Below, piece by piece: positions 1-9,819 of a stretch of 64,000 nt of DNA. The position numbers and the translations under genes were made by a program. Position 1 is the stretch's first letter; the number at the start of each line of letters is the position of its first letter. The notes under the pieces are model-generated. The model was not told the origin of the DNA and ran no database searches. It was given only the letters and a program-made list of their open reading frames with translations. Location of the stretch: NCBI GenBank assembly GCA_028718605.1, contig JAQULM010000001.1:413719-477718 (forward strand). Reading direction: 5' to 3'. This DNA is from Patescibacteria group bacterium (GTDB taxonomy: Bacteria > Patescibacteriota > Patescibacteriia > UBA10025 > JAHIVO01).

Positions 1-1
1 T

Positions 2-583
2 CGGGCAGCAACCGCTGAATACGAAAAGCTTCAACGCAACGTATTCCCCGATCTGTCCGTCGGGCTCCTCCATGGCAAATTAAAGGCGCAGGAAAAAGAA
101 CGTGTTATGAACGCTTTCAAGGCCCACGATATCCACATTCTTGTCGCAACGGCTGTCGTCGAGGTTGGCATCGATGTGCCGAATGCATCAGTCATGATGG
201 TCGAGGGCGCCGAACGCTTTGGCTTGGCCCAGCTCCACCAATTCCGCGGCCGCGTCGGTCGAGCAGAACATCAGTCGTACTGCCTCGTTTTTACAGACTC
301 AACGAGTGAAAAAACCACGGAACGCTTACATGCGCTCGTGACCGCAAAAAACGGCTTCGAGCTCGCAGAAATGGATCTCGATCTCCGGGGTCCGGGTGAA
401 ATATACGGTATCGCGCAGTCCGGCTTCCCCGAACTAAAAATCGCGAAACTGACCGATCTCGATCTCATACAAAAAACCCGCGAAGCCGCTGAAAGCATAT
501 TCAGCGTTGACCCGACGCTCGACCACTACCCGATGCTTAAAAAACAGCTCACCGCATTCAGCCAGGAGTTGCATCTCGAATAA
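2..583 (+). CDS. recG: ATP-dependent DNA helicase RecG, C-terminal part (5' end outside window)
   Basis: Frame is open from the window edge (VGLLHGKLK...); helicase motifs VATAVVEVGIDVPNA, AERFGLAQLHQFRGRVGR and the TRG motif GFELAEMDLDLRGPGE. Confidence 0.96.
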   Translation, partial: RAATAEYEKLQRNVFPDLSVGLLHGKLKAQEKERVMNAFKAHDIHILVATAVVEVGIDVPNASVMMVEGAERFGLAQLHQFRGRVGRAEHQSYCLVFTDSTSEKTTERLHALVTAKNGFELAEMDLDLRGPGEIYGIAQSGFPELKIAKLTDLDLIQKTREAAESIFSVDPTLDHYPMLKKQLTAFSQELHLE

Positions 584-619
584 AACGACGAGAAACATCG
601 ACTTACAACCCGCCGATTG

Positions 620-1966
620 CTAAAGTATGTCCCGGAGCGCTTCACTGAGCGTATCGTACGACATGAGCTCGATCCCTTTCGGCTGCACGCCCATGCGGGT
701 TCTTGGCATAAGCACTTCCTTGAAACCCATCTTAATAATTTCTTCAATGCGCTTTTCCGCCTGGCCGACAGCGCGCAGCTCCCCCCCCAATCCAATTTCG
801 CCGAACACCGCCATCTGTCGCGACACTGGCTTGTTTTTCAGCGCTGACGCGATCGCGACGCACACGGCGAGATCGACGGCGGGTTCGCTCACTTTGATCC
901 CGCCAGCGACATTCACGTGAATGTCCTGATTCGACAGGTAGAGCCCCGCTTTTTTCATGAGAACCGCGATGAGCAACTGGAGGCGGTTGAAATCAAACCC
1001 GGCAGCACGCCGCTGCGGGTACCCGAAGTTCGTACGGGAAACGAGCGCCTGAATCTCGACGAGAAACGCGCGTGACCCCTCAACGACGGACGTGACAACC
1101 GATCCAGGGTTTGCCGCCTTGCGGTCTGTCAAGAAAATCTCAGAGGGATTGGGAACTTCCCGCAAGCCGCCGCGCTGCATATCGAAGACGCCAACCTCGC
1201 CTGTCGAGCCGAAACGGTTTTTTACGGCGCGCAGTACACGGAACGCATGGTACCGATCACCCTCAAGATACAAAACGACGTCGACGAGGTGTTCGAGCGT
1301 TCGCGGCCCGGCGACGCTTCCCTGCTTCGTGACATGGCCGATAACAATAATCGGGATGCGGCTCTCCTTCGCCGATTGCACCAGCTTCGCCGTTGCGGCT
1401 CGTACCTGGCCAACGCTGCCGGGATCGCTCGATACGTCCGCGCACCGCATCGTCTGGATGGAATCAAGAACGACGAGGCCAGGCGAGTGTTCCGTAAGCG
1501 TTGCGATAATCGTATCAACATCCGTTTCTCCGAGGAATTTCAAATTCGAGGTAGTCAGGCCCAGGCGCTCGAATCTGATTTTCACCTGCGCAGAAGACTC
1601 CTCTCCGGATACGTACAGTACCGTCGTGCCTGCCGCTGCCAGCTTACCACCAACCTGGAGCAGGAGCGTTGACTTGCCGATGCCTGGATCGCCGCCCAAC
1701 AACGTCACGCTCCCTGGCACCAGGCCGCCGCCCAGTACCCGGTCAAATTCACGGAGCCTGCTCTCGAGTCGAGATGCGGCTGTTTCTGCCTGGTACGTCG
1801 CGAGTGTTTCAATGCTGCTGCTCCGTCCTGCGCTTTGTTGCCGGCGAATCACTTTTGTTTCTTCGGCAAGCGTACCCCATGCGCCGCACTCCGTGCACCG
1901 CCCCTGCCATTTGGGGAACTGCGCTTCGCATTTACTACAACGGAATATGGTTGTCGGTTTTGCCAT
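620..1966 (-). CDS. radA: DNA repair protein RadA/Sms
   Basis: N-terminal C4 zinc finger (CSKC...CTEC), Walker A GDPGIGKST, KNRFG motif, Lon-like C-terminus (FGEIGLGGELR). Confidence 0.98.
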   Translation of the reverse strand: MAKPTTIFRCSKCEAQFPKWQGRCTECGAWGTLAEETKVIRRQQSAGRSSSIETLATYQAETAASRLESRLREFDRVLGGGLVPGSVTLLGGDPGIGKSTLLLQVGGKLAAAGTTVLYVSGEESSAQVKIRFERLGLTTSNLKFLGETDVDTIIATLTEHSPGLVVLDSIQTMRCADVSSDPGSVGQVRAATAKLVQSAKESRIPIIVIGHVTKQGSVAGPRTLEHLVDVVLYLEGDRYHAFRVLRAVKNRFGSTGEVGVFDMQRGGLREVPNPSEIFLTDRKAANPGSVVTSVVEGSRAFLVEIQALVSRTNFGYPQRRAAGFDFNRLQLLIAVLMKKAGLYLSNQDIHVNVAGGIKVSEPAVDLAVCVAIASALKNKPVSRQMAVFGEIGLGGELRAVGQAEKRIEEIIKMGFKEVLMPRTRMGVQPKGIELMSYDTLSEALRDIL

Positions 1967-2029
1967 ATAGAAATTCTACTTTTATCTTAGTGGACATAAC
2001 ACGTCAAGAAAGATGCGAATTCGCCACTA

Positions 2030-3508
2030 TCAATCAAGATTATTGCAATCCAAGGGCAGGCTATCGTTCCAGGTGTATTTTCCCGGTGCTGAACCTGGGA
2101 GATTTGAATTAACAATCTCGTCATGCGCTGCCTTGACCTTGATGACATAATTCCTCGTTTCCGCATATCCAGGATTCTTCACACACTCCCACCACGTCTG
2201 GCCGGCGCAGTCGACACTCGAGCAGTTCGCGCCGCGGCCGCCGTTGTATGCAGCGCTGATATACCGCCACGCACGCTCCAGGCATGCCGCATCACTTGCC
2301 GCGCATTTCCCACCATCCTGGCAACTCGTCAGGTCAGGTTCGCACTTCGCCGTCCGTCCGCTCTTGTATGTCGATTTTAGTGCGCATGTATAAACAAACA
2401 AATCTCTGAGATATTTGCCAGAAATTGTAATATTCGTAGCTGGGTCTTTCAATCCGTCGCACGTGATGCCCGTCTGGTACTTCTGGGCTGTAGCGGGCAT
2501 GAGTTGCATGAGACCGCATGCGCCGGCAGGCGACGTAAGGCCCGGCCTGCCCGAGGATTCAACCAGCATGATTGCCTTAAACCAGTTGCGATCCAGACCG
2601 TTCTTGGTTGCGGTATACGTCAAGCACCCGTCATATTTACCGACATTTGCCGATACGACAACACCTGATGACTTGGGGGTTACTTCCTGATTTTCAAGTG
2701 CTGAAACGCCGCGCGTGACTGCTTCCACGGATAGTTTTCCGAATTCCACAAGCCGCGGGCTAATGAATAAAAGTATTGAATATGATCCGAGCGCAATAAG
2801 GAGGCCCATGAGCGCACCGGTGATATTGTCTTTCGCTTCAGACAGCTTCTGGGGGTTGCCGAATGAAACCACGTACTTCACCCCGCCGTACATCCCCATC
2901 ACCGTCGCAAGGATGCCAACGACGCCTGTAAAATAAACGTATAATGCGACGATATATTCACCAAGCGTCAATCCGGTGACGACAATCGGCACGCCTCGAT
3001 TGAACGTTCCGGATCCGGGGATTGTGATGTTTGGCGTAAAGAGGATGCGTTTAGGCGCTTCATCCTTTGACAAATCACCTGCGGCAACAATCGCCGCCTG
3101 GCGATCCCACTCAATGCACTGTTCGACAAGGGGACATTCTTTTGGATTTGGCGTACAGGTCGGCTGGCATGGCGGTGTATACCCGCTTGCCTTGACGCAG
3201 CTTCCGATTTCTTCAGAGCCGCCTGGCGGTAGGCATACACAACATTTCATATTGCTCTGCTCGACGATTTTGCATTTTTCATAGTTATCGCAAGATCCAG
3301 GATACGCCATACCGTATCCTGACCCCATCGTAGTACAATCGGCTAGATCGCGATCATTGAGTGGAATGCACTCCCCCTGCTCAGCGCCAATACAACATCG
3401 GTCGCTTGCTCCGTATTGCGCTTGCGCCCCTGCTGGAAGAGGCAATGCAAATATAACCAGAGCACACAGTGGGACGATCTGGGAAATTGATCTGATGGTT
3501 GTGCGCAT
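2030..3508 (-). CDS. Secreted Cys-rich protein: TrbC/VirB2-like pilin module fused to a soluble lytic transglycosylase (SLT) domain
   Basis: Signal peptide; two-helix pilin module (YGGVKYVVSFGNPQKLSEAKDNITGALMGLLI); SLT motifs AIMLVESSG, GACGLMQLMPATA, AAYNGG. Confidence 0.85.
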   Translation of the reverse strand: MRTTIRSISQIVPLCALVIFALPLPAGAQAQYGASDRCCIGAEQGECIPLNDRDLADCTTMGSGYGMAYPGSCDNYEKCKIVEQSNMKCCVCLPPGGSEEIGSCVKASGYTPPCQPTCTPNPKECPLVEQCIEWDRQAAIVAAGDLSKDEAPKRILFTPNITIPGSGTFNRGVPIVVTGLTLGEYIVALYVYFTGVVGILATVMGMYGGVKYVVSFGNPQKLSEAKDNITGALMGLLIALGSYSILLFISPRLVEFGKLSVEAVTRGVSALENQEVTPKSSGVVVSANVGKYDGCLTYTATKNGLDRNWFKAIMLVESSGRPGLTSPAGACGLMQLMPATAQKYQTGITCDGLKDPATNITISGKYLRDLFVYTCALKSTYKSGRTAKCEPDLTSCQDGGKCAASDAACLERAWRYISAAYNGGRGANCSSVDCAGQTWWECVKNPGYAETRNYVIKVKAAHDEIVNSNLPGSAPGKYTWNDSLPLDCNNLD

Positions 3509-3512
3509 GTGC

Positions 3513-4781
3513 TTACTTTATCTGAATGGAATATACATTCGACGTATTCGCATCGATAAAATTCAAGTGTTTTTCATCTGCCGTCAGGAACACAGACGAT
3601 ACCGTATAATCACGCTGTCCGTCGTCAAACGCGGGTACGGCCAGCACCGTTGAGGTACCGGTGTTTGTATCAATTCGGTACATGACATCATTCGTATTCG
3701 TCGCTGTTTCTGGAACCAGGCCACTGCCCTCCGGCAGGCTCTGGGGCACCGCGCAATATGCAGCATTTTCGAGCTTCGCGAACGCGCACTTCGTCGACCA
3801 CGTGCGCAAACCGAGCCGCATATGGTTCGCGCCCGTCATATCACCTGATGAATCAACGAGATACAGCACCGGCTGGAAATCAGATTCGCTCGTAAACACG
3901 CTGTACAGGAGCTGTGTACCATCGGCAGACCATGTGCCTTCGAAACCGCGGCCATACGTCACGACGGATTTAAAATTTTCGCCAAAAAGCCCGATAGGAT
4001 ACACTTCCTGCGCTGTCGCATCGTTTGATTCGCGGTATAGGGCGAGTACCTGGCCGTTTGGGGACCAATTCACGTCTACATCTCTCTCTTTATCGCCGAT
4101 CGGCTCAATAAGCTGCACTTCGGACCCGTCTGATTTTGAATAAGCGAGCCAGCGGTCACCCTCATCATCCGATAAATTTTTGAAGCCGATCTTCGTTCCT
4201 GTTGGGTCAAACTCCGTATCATCCCATGTTTTCGGGAGCGTCACCTGCGTCTCATTCTCAAAATCATACACAATCTTGCTGTCGTCCGGGAATGTGATGA
4301 TTGCTTTATCCTGGGCTGGGGACCAATCAATCTCTTCGGCTTCAGGAAATGCCTTGTCCGACATTTCTGTTGCATTCCCGTTTTCATCGATAGTATAAAA
4401 CTTGCCCCGCCGCTCATCATAGTAACGCATGCCTTTACCACTCAACGCAGGCTCCGCGGCTTTTACACTCCGTGACACTGCGGGTGTTGCGGTGGTTTCG
4501 CCGCCTCCAGCTATCGGCGTCACTCCGCCGGCGTTCACATTCTGAAGTGTCGGAATATTCACTGGAGCATTTGTGTTCGCAACATTCACCCGGTTCATGT
4601 TTCCGGTCCCATTAATTGATGGCAAGTTCCCGTTCAGAGCGCCATTGGTGGGTACATTCACGTTCTCATTTTCATTACCTGGCGCGAAAACATCTCTGCC
4701 GATAACAAAGTAAATGAGGGCGCCGAGTGCGATGATGAGAACAATAAAAGCGATGATTAAAAGTACGCGCTTGGATTGCAT
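3513..4781 (-). CDS. Membrane-anchored TolB-like beta-propeller protein
   Basis: N-terminal TM helix, Asn/Thr-rich linker, repeated PD40-like WSP/WSA motifs (IDWSPAQDK, VNWSPNGQ, GTWSADGT). Confidence 0.7.
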   Translation of the reverse strand: MQSKRVLLIIAFIVLIIALGALIYFVIGRDVFAPGNENENVNVPTNGALNGNLPSINGTGNMNRVNVANTNAPVNIPTLQNVNAGGVTPIAGGGETTATPAVSRSVKAAEPALSGKGMRYYDERRGKFYTIDENGNATEMSDKAFPEAEEIDWSPAQDKAIITFPDDSKIVYDFENETQVTLPKTWDDTEFDPTGTKIGFKNLSDDEGDRWLAYSKSDGSEVQLIEPIGDKERDVDVNWSPNGQVLALYRESNDATAQEVYPIGLFGENFKSVVTYGRGFEGTWSADGTQLLYSVFTSESDFQPVLYLVDSSGDMTGANHMRLGLRTWSTKCAFAKLENAAYCAVPQSLPEGSGLVPETATNTNDVMYRIDTNTGTSTVLAVPAFDDGQRDYTVSSVFLTADEKHLNFIDANTSNVYSIQIK

Positions 4782-4892
4782 ATAGTATAGTATTTATAAT
4801 TTTTAATGAAGCACATACCCAAAGATTGGGGAGTCGATCGTATACGATTCAATAATTCTTTTTCTGCCGATTCAACATTCGGCGCATCAATT

Positions 4893-6011
4893 CTAATAGC
4901 AACGGGCTCCCTGAAATGCGCCAAGCAAATCTGGATCTCCTGGTTTCATGTCCTCGGCCGTAAAAATATGGTATCCGTACTTCTCTTCGCCGCCAAACAG
5001 TATTAAGCAGCTCTTCTTATCGCCTTCGCACTCTTTACCAATCACCAACTTACCAGTAGGCCATGCACCTTTGGCAATATATCCGCATGGCTCATTTCTT
5101 GTTACATGAGCATCACTTGTTTCCCCCTCATAATAGATCGGCCACGATTTAAATGCTCGAATCTCCTTACCCGCATCATTCGACATCGCAATACAAATCT
5201 CATCATCACTAGAATGCACGCCTTGGCATTCATCCTTGCCGTCTTTGTCCCAAATAAAGCCGCACGATTGGTATATTCGCTCCATGCAAAAATTCATGCC
5301 TTCCCACTGTGCCGTGCACCGGGGAATGCCGGTAAACGGATCCCGCACACAATATTGCTCCTTAAGCTCGCAATCAGTGCCCTTGTAATAACAGCGTTTG
5401 CCTTTTAAATTGCCAGCCGAGGTGATTGTGCCCTCTGTGCCACAGGTTTCCTGAGGCAACGGCGGGTCTACGACCAAGCCTTGGCTGACATACTCTTCGC
5501 AAAAATCTTCTACCTGTTGAATTTTACCAACATCAAGCGTCCCCAATATCGTCAGATTTGGATTAATAAAATACAGGATGCTGTACGACCCGAGCCCGAT
5601 CAGGAGACCCATAAGGGCGCCAGTAATCGTATCTTTCGCTTCGGATAGCTTCTGGGGGTTGCCGAACGAGATCACGTACTTTACGCCGCCGTACATCCCC
5701 ATCACGGTCGCCAGGATGCCGATGACACCCATAAAATAAATGTACAAGCCGGCAATATAGCAGCCCATATTCTTTACGTAGTGCCCGGTTGCGGTGCCAT
5801 CGCCGGTCGCCAGATCAATGGTAACATTGGGTATGGCGATATTGACACGGATCGCACTCCCATCGTTCACGTCAGTCTGGGTAATCGCACAACTCGGATT
5901 AAACGTCGTAAGCCATGTTTGCGCGCTCGCTAAAAGCGGTGCGGACACAAGCACGACCGCAATGATCAATCCCATGAATTTTCCTGCTTTTATCTTTTTC
6001 TCGGCGCGCAT
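4893..6011 (-). CDS. TrbC/VirB2-like pilin-module protein with Cys-rich C-terminal domain
   Basis: Signal peptide; pilin module 57/67 aa identical to that of 2030..3508; Cys-rich tail. Confidence 0.75.
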   Translation of the reverse strand: MRAEKKIKAGKFMGLIIAVVLVSAPLLASAQTWLTTFNPSCAITQTDVNDGSAIRVNIAIPNVTIDLATGDGTATGHYVKNMGCYIAGLYIYFMGVIGILATVMGMYGGVKYVISFGNPQKLSEAKDTITGALMGLLIGLGSYSILYFINPNLTILGTLDVGKIQQVEDFCEEYVSQGLVVDPPLPQETCGTEGTITSAGNLKGKRCYYKGTDCELKEQYCVRDPFTGIPRCTAQWEGMNFCMERIYQSCGFIWDKDGKDECQGVHSSDDEICIAMSNDAGKEIRAFKSWPIYYEGETSDAHVTRNEPCGYIAKGAWPTGKLVIGKECEGDKKSCLILFGGEEKYGYHIFTAEDMKPGDPDLLGAFQGARCY

Positions 6012-6056
6012 ACCCGCACTTTGTATTTAAATACTATAGCCTTTCAAGATGTACTG

Positions 6057-6728
6057 CTACTCGTGTCCCTGTGACGGCAAGAGGTCATTGATGTTAATAT
6101 TTGTGTTTGTCGAATTTGTATTTGCAGAAGGCGCTGCTGGTGTTATGCCTTCGCTGCCCCAGGTCGCTTCATCGACGAGCCAGGAGTTGCCTTCCTTCAA
6201 AAACTGAAGCTCGATATCCTGGTAGTACGTACCCTTGGCCGTGCCCTGCTCCGCACGCTGAGTGCTCAAAACGACATTTGCTCTCGTACCCGCAATTTCT
6301 ACGTCCTTCGTCGAAACAACCTTGGTGAACACCGAAGCAAACGCAGTTTCGCCGCGAGCAAGCTGCACGCGGATAAAGTCTTCGGAAACACTCTGCATCG
6401 TCGCAGTCATGTACGGCCGCAGGTCCAGAATATTCTGATATTTCGCTTCGCTGGAATAGCTCCCGTATCGTTCAGTAAAAAAATTCGCGAGCCTGACGAG
6501 CGTCAGTTCTTCGGGATCCGCGTTTGTATTTTGCCCCGGGACTGCTGTGTTCACCGTTGAATTCACGACTGGCACGGCACCGTTGGTATTCGTAACGGGG
6601 GCGGTATTATTCGTCGGTGTGTCGCCGTCCCTGAAAAACTGCCACCATACAAAAAATGCAATCACGAGAACGGCGCCCAGAGCGATAAGGATGATAATAA
6701 AATTTTTCCGCTTCTGTTCTTGATCCAT
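6057..6728 (-). CDS. Single-TM protein, possibly a VirB8/TcpC-like (NTF2-fold) T4SS component
   Basis: TM helix, N/T-rich linker, alpha/beta domain (LANFFTERYGSYS...IELQFLKEGNSWLVDEATW); lies directly downstream of the VirB4-like gene; fold assignment is inference. Confidence 0.5.
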   Translation of the reverse strand: MDQEQKRKNFIIILIALGAVLVIAFFVWWQFFRDGDTPTNNTAPVTNTNGAVPVVNSTVNTAVPGQNTNADPEELTLVRLANFFTERYGSYSSEAKYQNILDLRPYMTATMQSVSEDFIRVQLARGETAFASVFTKVVSTKDVEIAGTRANVVLSTQRAEQGTAKGTYYQDIELQFLKEGNSWLVDEATWGSEGITPAAPSANTNSTNTNININDLLPSQGHE

Positions 6729-6766
6729 AGGAAACTATTTTAGACAATTTTATACCAAAAGAGATG

Positions 6767-8668
6767 CTACTGTTGCTGTTGCTCTTCTTGCTCTTCCTGA
6801 GATTGCTCAAACTCCTTTTTCGCCTGCTCAATCTCCAAGAGCTGCCGCGGGTCGGACGTGATGATCTGGTCCTCAGTGTACGATGCCACAACCTTGATTG
6901 CCGCATGTTTCGCACCAGCAAAGAATATGCCTTCGCCGACTCCGCACTCGAGCAATAAATATTTTTCCCCTTCGGTGAGGAGGAATGTTTTTGCGATGAG
7001 ATCGATGGAGGCTGGCGACTGCTTCATCAGGAGCTGGATTGCGGAATTCGTCACGATCGCCTGGCCATACGGCGAACGGAGAAAGTCATTCACGTCCTGG
7101 GTAATCGTCGTAACGCCGAGATAGTATTTTCGGCAGCGCTTCACGAGGGCGTAAATGAACTTCGCCGACTCTTCCTGCTGCATAAGCCACCATGCTTCGT
7201 CGATTACCATGATGCGTTTTTTTAGCGCAGAACGCACGGTATTCCAGATATACGATACGATAAGGGAAATGCCGATCGGCTTCAACTCATCCTCCAGGTC
7301 ACGAACCGAGAAGACAACAAGCTGGTTGTTCAGTTCAACGTTGGTCGGATTATTCAGTAAACCGGCAAACGTGCCTTCGGTGTACTTTTTCAGGCGCGTT
7401 ACCAGCTCTTCGGCGCCAACCATGCCCTCAAGAACTTCTTCAAAATCCTTAAAGAGCGGCGGTTCAACGCGCGTTAAGTCTGCATCCGCAGTAATATCTT
7501 TCTTCGCGTACGTTTCGATGAGCGCGCGGTCAATGATAGAATCTTCCTCGTGGGTAAAAGTACCGAGCATCAAGCGCAGGAGGCCTTTTAGGGTGATCAC
7601 GGCGGAACGGATGATATCGGCGGTCTTTTCGTCTTTCCTGGTCGGCCGAGGCAGGTCAAATGGATTGATTTTGCTTTCTGAGCTCAATGAGATATTGATA
7701 TAGGTACCACCGACAGCGTCAGACAAATACTTATACTCCATTTCAGGATCAATGACGATCACGTCCGTACCGAGCATCATGCTCCGCAAAATTTCAAGCT
7801 TGACCGCGTAACTCTTGCCGGCGCCGGAAGTAGCGAATACTACGCTGTTTGCATTCTGCAGGCTAAACCGGTCAAAAAGAATCAAGCTGTTGTTGTGGCG
7901 ATTAATGCCGTAGAGAATGCCGTTATCGCTCGTTAGTTCCGAGGAAATAAACGGAAATGACGATGCGCATGGCGATGAACTCATATTGAATCCGATTCCG
8001 AGCTCATCTTCGGCGATCGGGAGCGTCGAGGTGAATCCCTGCTCGGCCTGGTAAAATACGCGCTTCGTATACACGAGCCGCGACCCGAAGAATGATTCAA
8101 CCTTCTCGGTAATTTTATCCAAATCTTCCTTCGACTTTGCGTACACTGTGATGTACAGCGCGTACTGGAAAAACCGCTCAACACCCTGCGTCAGGTCATC
8201 CCGTAATTTCTCGATATCACGGAGTGCCGTCTCGCGAATCGGGTCACGCGGCGCGCCCTTTTCCGCGTCAGCTAAAATCTGGGCTTCGAGGGTGCCTACT
8301 TTGTTCCGGAGCTGCTTCAGAATCACCTCAGCACCGATCGGGTAGAAAAACATCGATATGTCGAGCGGCACGTTGAGATTGATAATCGGCGCAAACCACC
8401 CAACGCGGATATATCGTGGGTACGTGACCACAAACATCGTACGGACAAACTGCGAACCAAGCTCAAGATAACGGGACTCGATCTTCATTGCAGCGGGCGC
8501 GATCAGGTCGCGGACCGTCACGACACCGCGGCGGTATACCTTTTCGGCCTCGATCAGGGTTTTTTTCTCCTCCAGCTGCTCCTGCTTCAAACGCTCCTGC
8601 TCTTCGGGAGACAGATCAGGAGCCGCCTCGGTCGGGATTGCCTTTCTGGATTTAAATAGCTCTACCAT
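6767..8668 (-). CDS. virB4: VirB4/TraC-like type IV secretion ATPase
   Basis: Walker A ATSGAGKS, VIVIDPEMEY, INPFDL, Walker B IMVIDEAWWLM, KRCRKYYLGVTTITQDVNDFL; preceded by a PrgI-like gene. Confidence 0.9.
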   Translation of the reverse strand: MVELFKSRKAIPTEAAPDLSPEEQERLKQEQLEEKKTLIEAEKVYRRGVVTVRDLIAPAAMKIESRYLELGSQFVRTMFVVTYPRYIRVGWFAPIINLNVPLDISMFFYPIGAEVILKQLRNKVGTLEAQILADAEKGAPRDPIRETALRDIEKLRDDLTQGVERFFQYALYITVYAKSKEDLDKITEKVESFFGSRLVYTKRVFYQAEQGFTSTLPIAEDELGIGFNMSSSPCASSFPFISSELTSDNGILYGINRHNNSLILFDRFSLQNANSVVFATSGAGKSYAVKLEILRSMMLGTDVIVIDPEMEYKYLSDAVGGTYINISLSSESKINPFDLPRPTRKDEKTADIIRSAVITLKGLLRLMLGTFTHEEDSIIDRALIETYAKKDITADADLTRVEPPLFKDFEEVLEGMVGAEELVTRLKKYTEGTFAGLLNNPTNVELNNQLVVFSVRDLEDELKPIGISLIVSYIWNTVRSALKKRIMVIDEAWWLMQQEESAKFIYALVKRCRKYYLGVTTITQDVNDFLRSPYGQAIVTNSAIQLLMKQSPASIDLIAKTFLLTEGEKYLLLECGVGEGIFFAGAKHAAIKVVASYTEDQIITSDPRQLLEIEQAKKEFEQSQEEQEEQQQQ

Positions 8669-8673
8669 GATTT

Positions 8674-9363
8674 TTATTCGAGATTCAGCTTATTTATATC
8701 ATCCAAGCGCTGCTGGTCATATGTATCGGGATTGTACGTATTGTAGTACAGCTCAATCAACCCCTGCGTATCAAGGACGGCCGCTTTGAGCCCGATTGAA
8801 CTCAGTCCATCGATGATGTATTCCAACCGCTTCGCAAGTTCGATGCGGTTCTTCTCAAACTTTTTCTGCTTGATGCTGATAACAGTAGTTGGCGACGCGG
8901 CTTCCTTCAGTCGCGCAAGGAAACCTTTTGACCGGATTGATCCGCCGGTATACGGCACAATAATATAAAACCGTTTGCTCATAATATCGGCGAGCGACAC
9001 AAGCTCGGCTACATACTGGCGATACTCACGCGTCTGGACTTTCAGAAGTTCGTTTGTCTGCTCCTTCTCGATCGCTTTCAAGCGGTCAAGGTAGTCATCG
9101 ATATTCAGTTTGCGTGACTGGATGACGATTTGGAGCGGAAAATCAAGCGTATTGAGAAACTGAATATACCCCTGGATGACCGCGTTTTGTTCGTCTTCGG
9201 ACTTCAGCGCGAAATTGATGGACGAAACGAGAATGATGCCGCGAAGCGTACCGTCCTTGAGAATAACGGTATCGTCCCGTATCTCGAGGATCGGCAAATA
9301 CTGCTGCGTCGATGGCCGATGCAGCGGCTTCCTAATTTTATCCTGCTGTTTCTTCTCTGCCAT
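8674..9363 (-). CDS. VirB4-associated protein (TraC/VirB4 N-terminal-like), typical of CPR T4SS loci
   Basis: STQQYLPILEIRDDTVILKDG...SSINFALKSEDEQNAVIQGYIQFLNTLDFPLQIVIQSRKLNI; start reassigned to MAEKK (ATG at 9363), just after the prgI-like stop. Confidence 0.7.
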   Translation of the reverse strand: MAEKKQQDKIRKPLHRPSTQQYLPILEIRDDTVILKDGTLRGIILVSSINFALKSEDEQNAVIQGYIQFLNTLDFPLQIVIQSRKLNIDDYLDRLKAIEKEQTNELLKVQTREYRQYVAELVSLADIMSKRFYIIVPYTGGSIRSKGFLARLKEAASPTTVISIKQKKFEKNRIELAKRLEYIIDGLSSIGLKAAVLDTQGLIELYYNTYNPDTYDQQRLDDINKLNLE

Positions 9364-9379
9364 AAAAGCGTCCGTTGGT

Positions 9380-9814
9380 TTATTCCTGCTCAGGCGGCTC
9401 AATTTCTTCGTTATATGCACCGCCAGTATCCACGACGAGTGAAAGCTGGTTCAGCCGGGACAGGGTCAATTTCTTCTTCGGAACCGGCGGTTTAGGCTTC
9501 TCTTGTTTTTCCTCTTTGATGCGCTGTATGACTATTTCCTTGTTCCAAGTCTTCAGAATCGGGCGCCGCGCGGTCTGCAGCATATTGAGAAGAAAATAGT
9601 GGAACGGCCGGCCATTAATTTTCAGGAAAGCGAAAACGCCGGTCAGCGCAAAAATCATTATCCCCTCGATTGCTGCCATCCAGAATGTGGCGAGCTTGAA
9701 TACGATAAAAATCAAGCCGGCGCCGACTAAAAAGATAAGAAACTGCCGGACCGTCAACGGACCGATAATCTTTCCTTCAACGTCCAGGAATTGGGGCACA
9801 ACAAACTGCTGCAT
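9380..9814 (-). CDS. prgI: PrgI-family (VirB3-like) membrane protein
   Basis: QFVVPQFLDVEGKIIGPLTVRQF followed by two TM helices and KINGRPF; canonical position upstream of VirB4. Confidence 0.85.
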   Translation of the reverse strand: MQQFVVPQFLDVEGKIIGPLTVRQFLIFLVGAGLIFIVFKLATFWMAAIEGIMIFALTGVFAFLKINGRPFHYFLLNMLQTARRPILKTWNKEIVIQRIKEEKQEKPKPPVPKKKLTLSRLNQLSLVVDTGGAYNEEIEPPEQE

Positions 9815-9819
9815 ATGAA

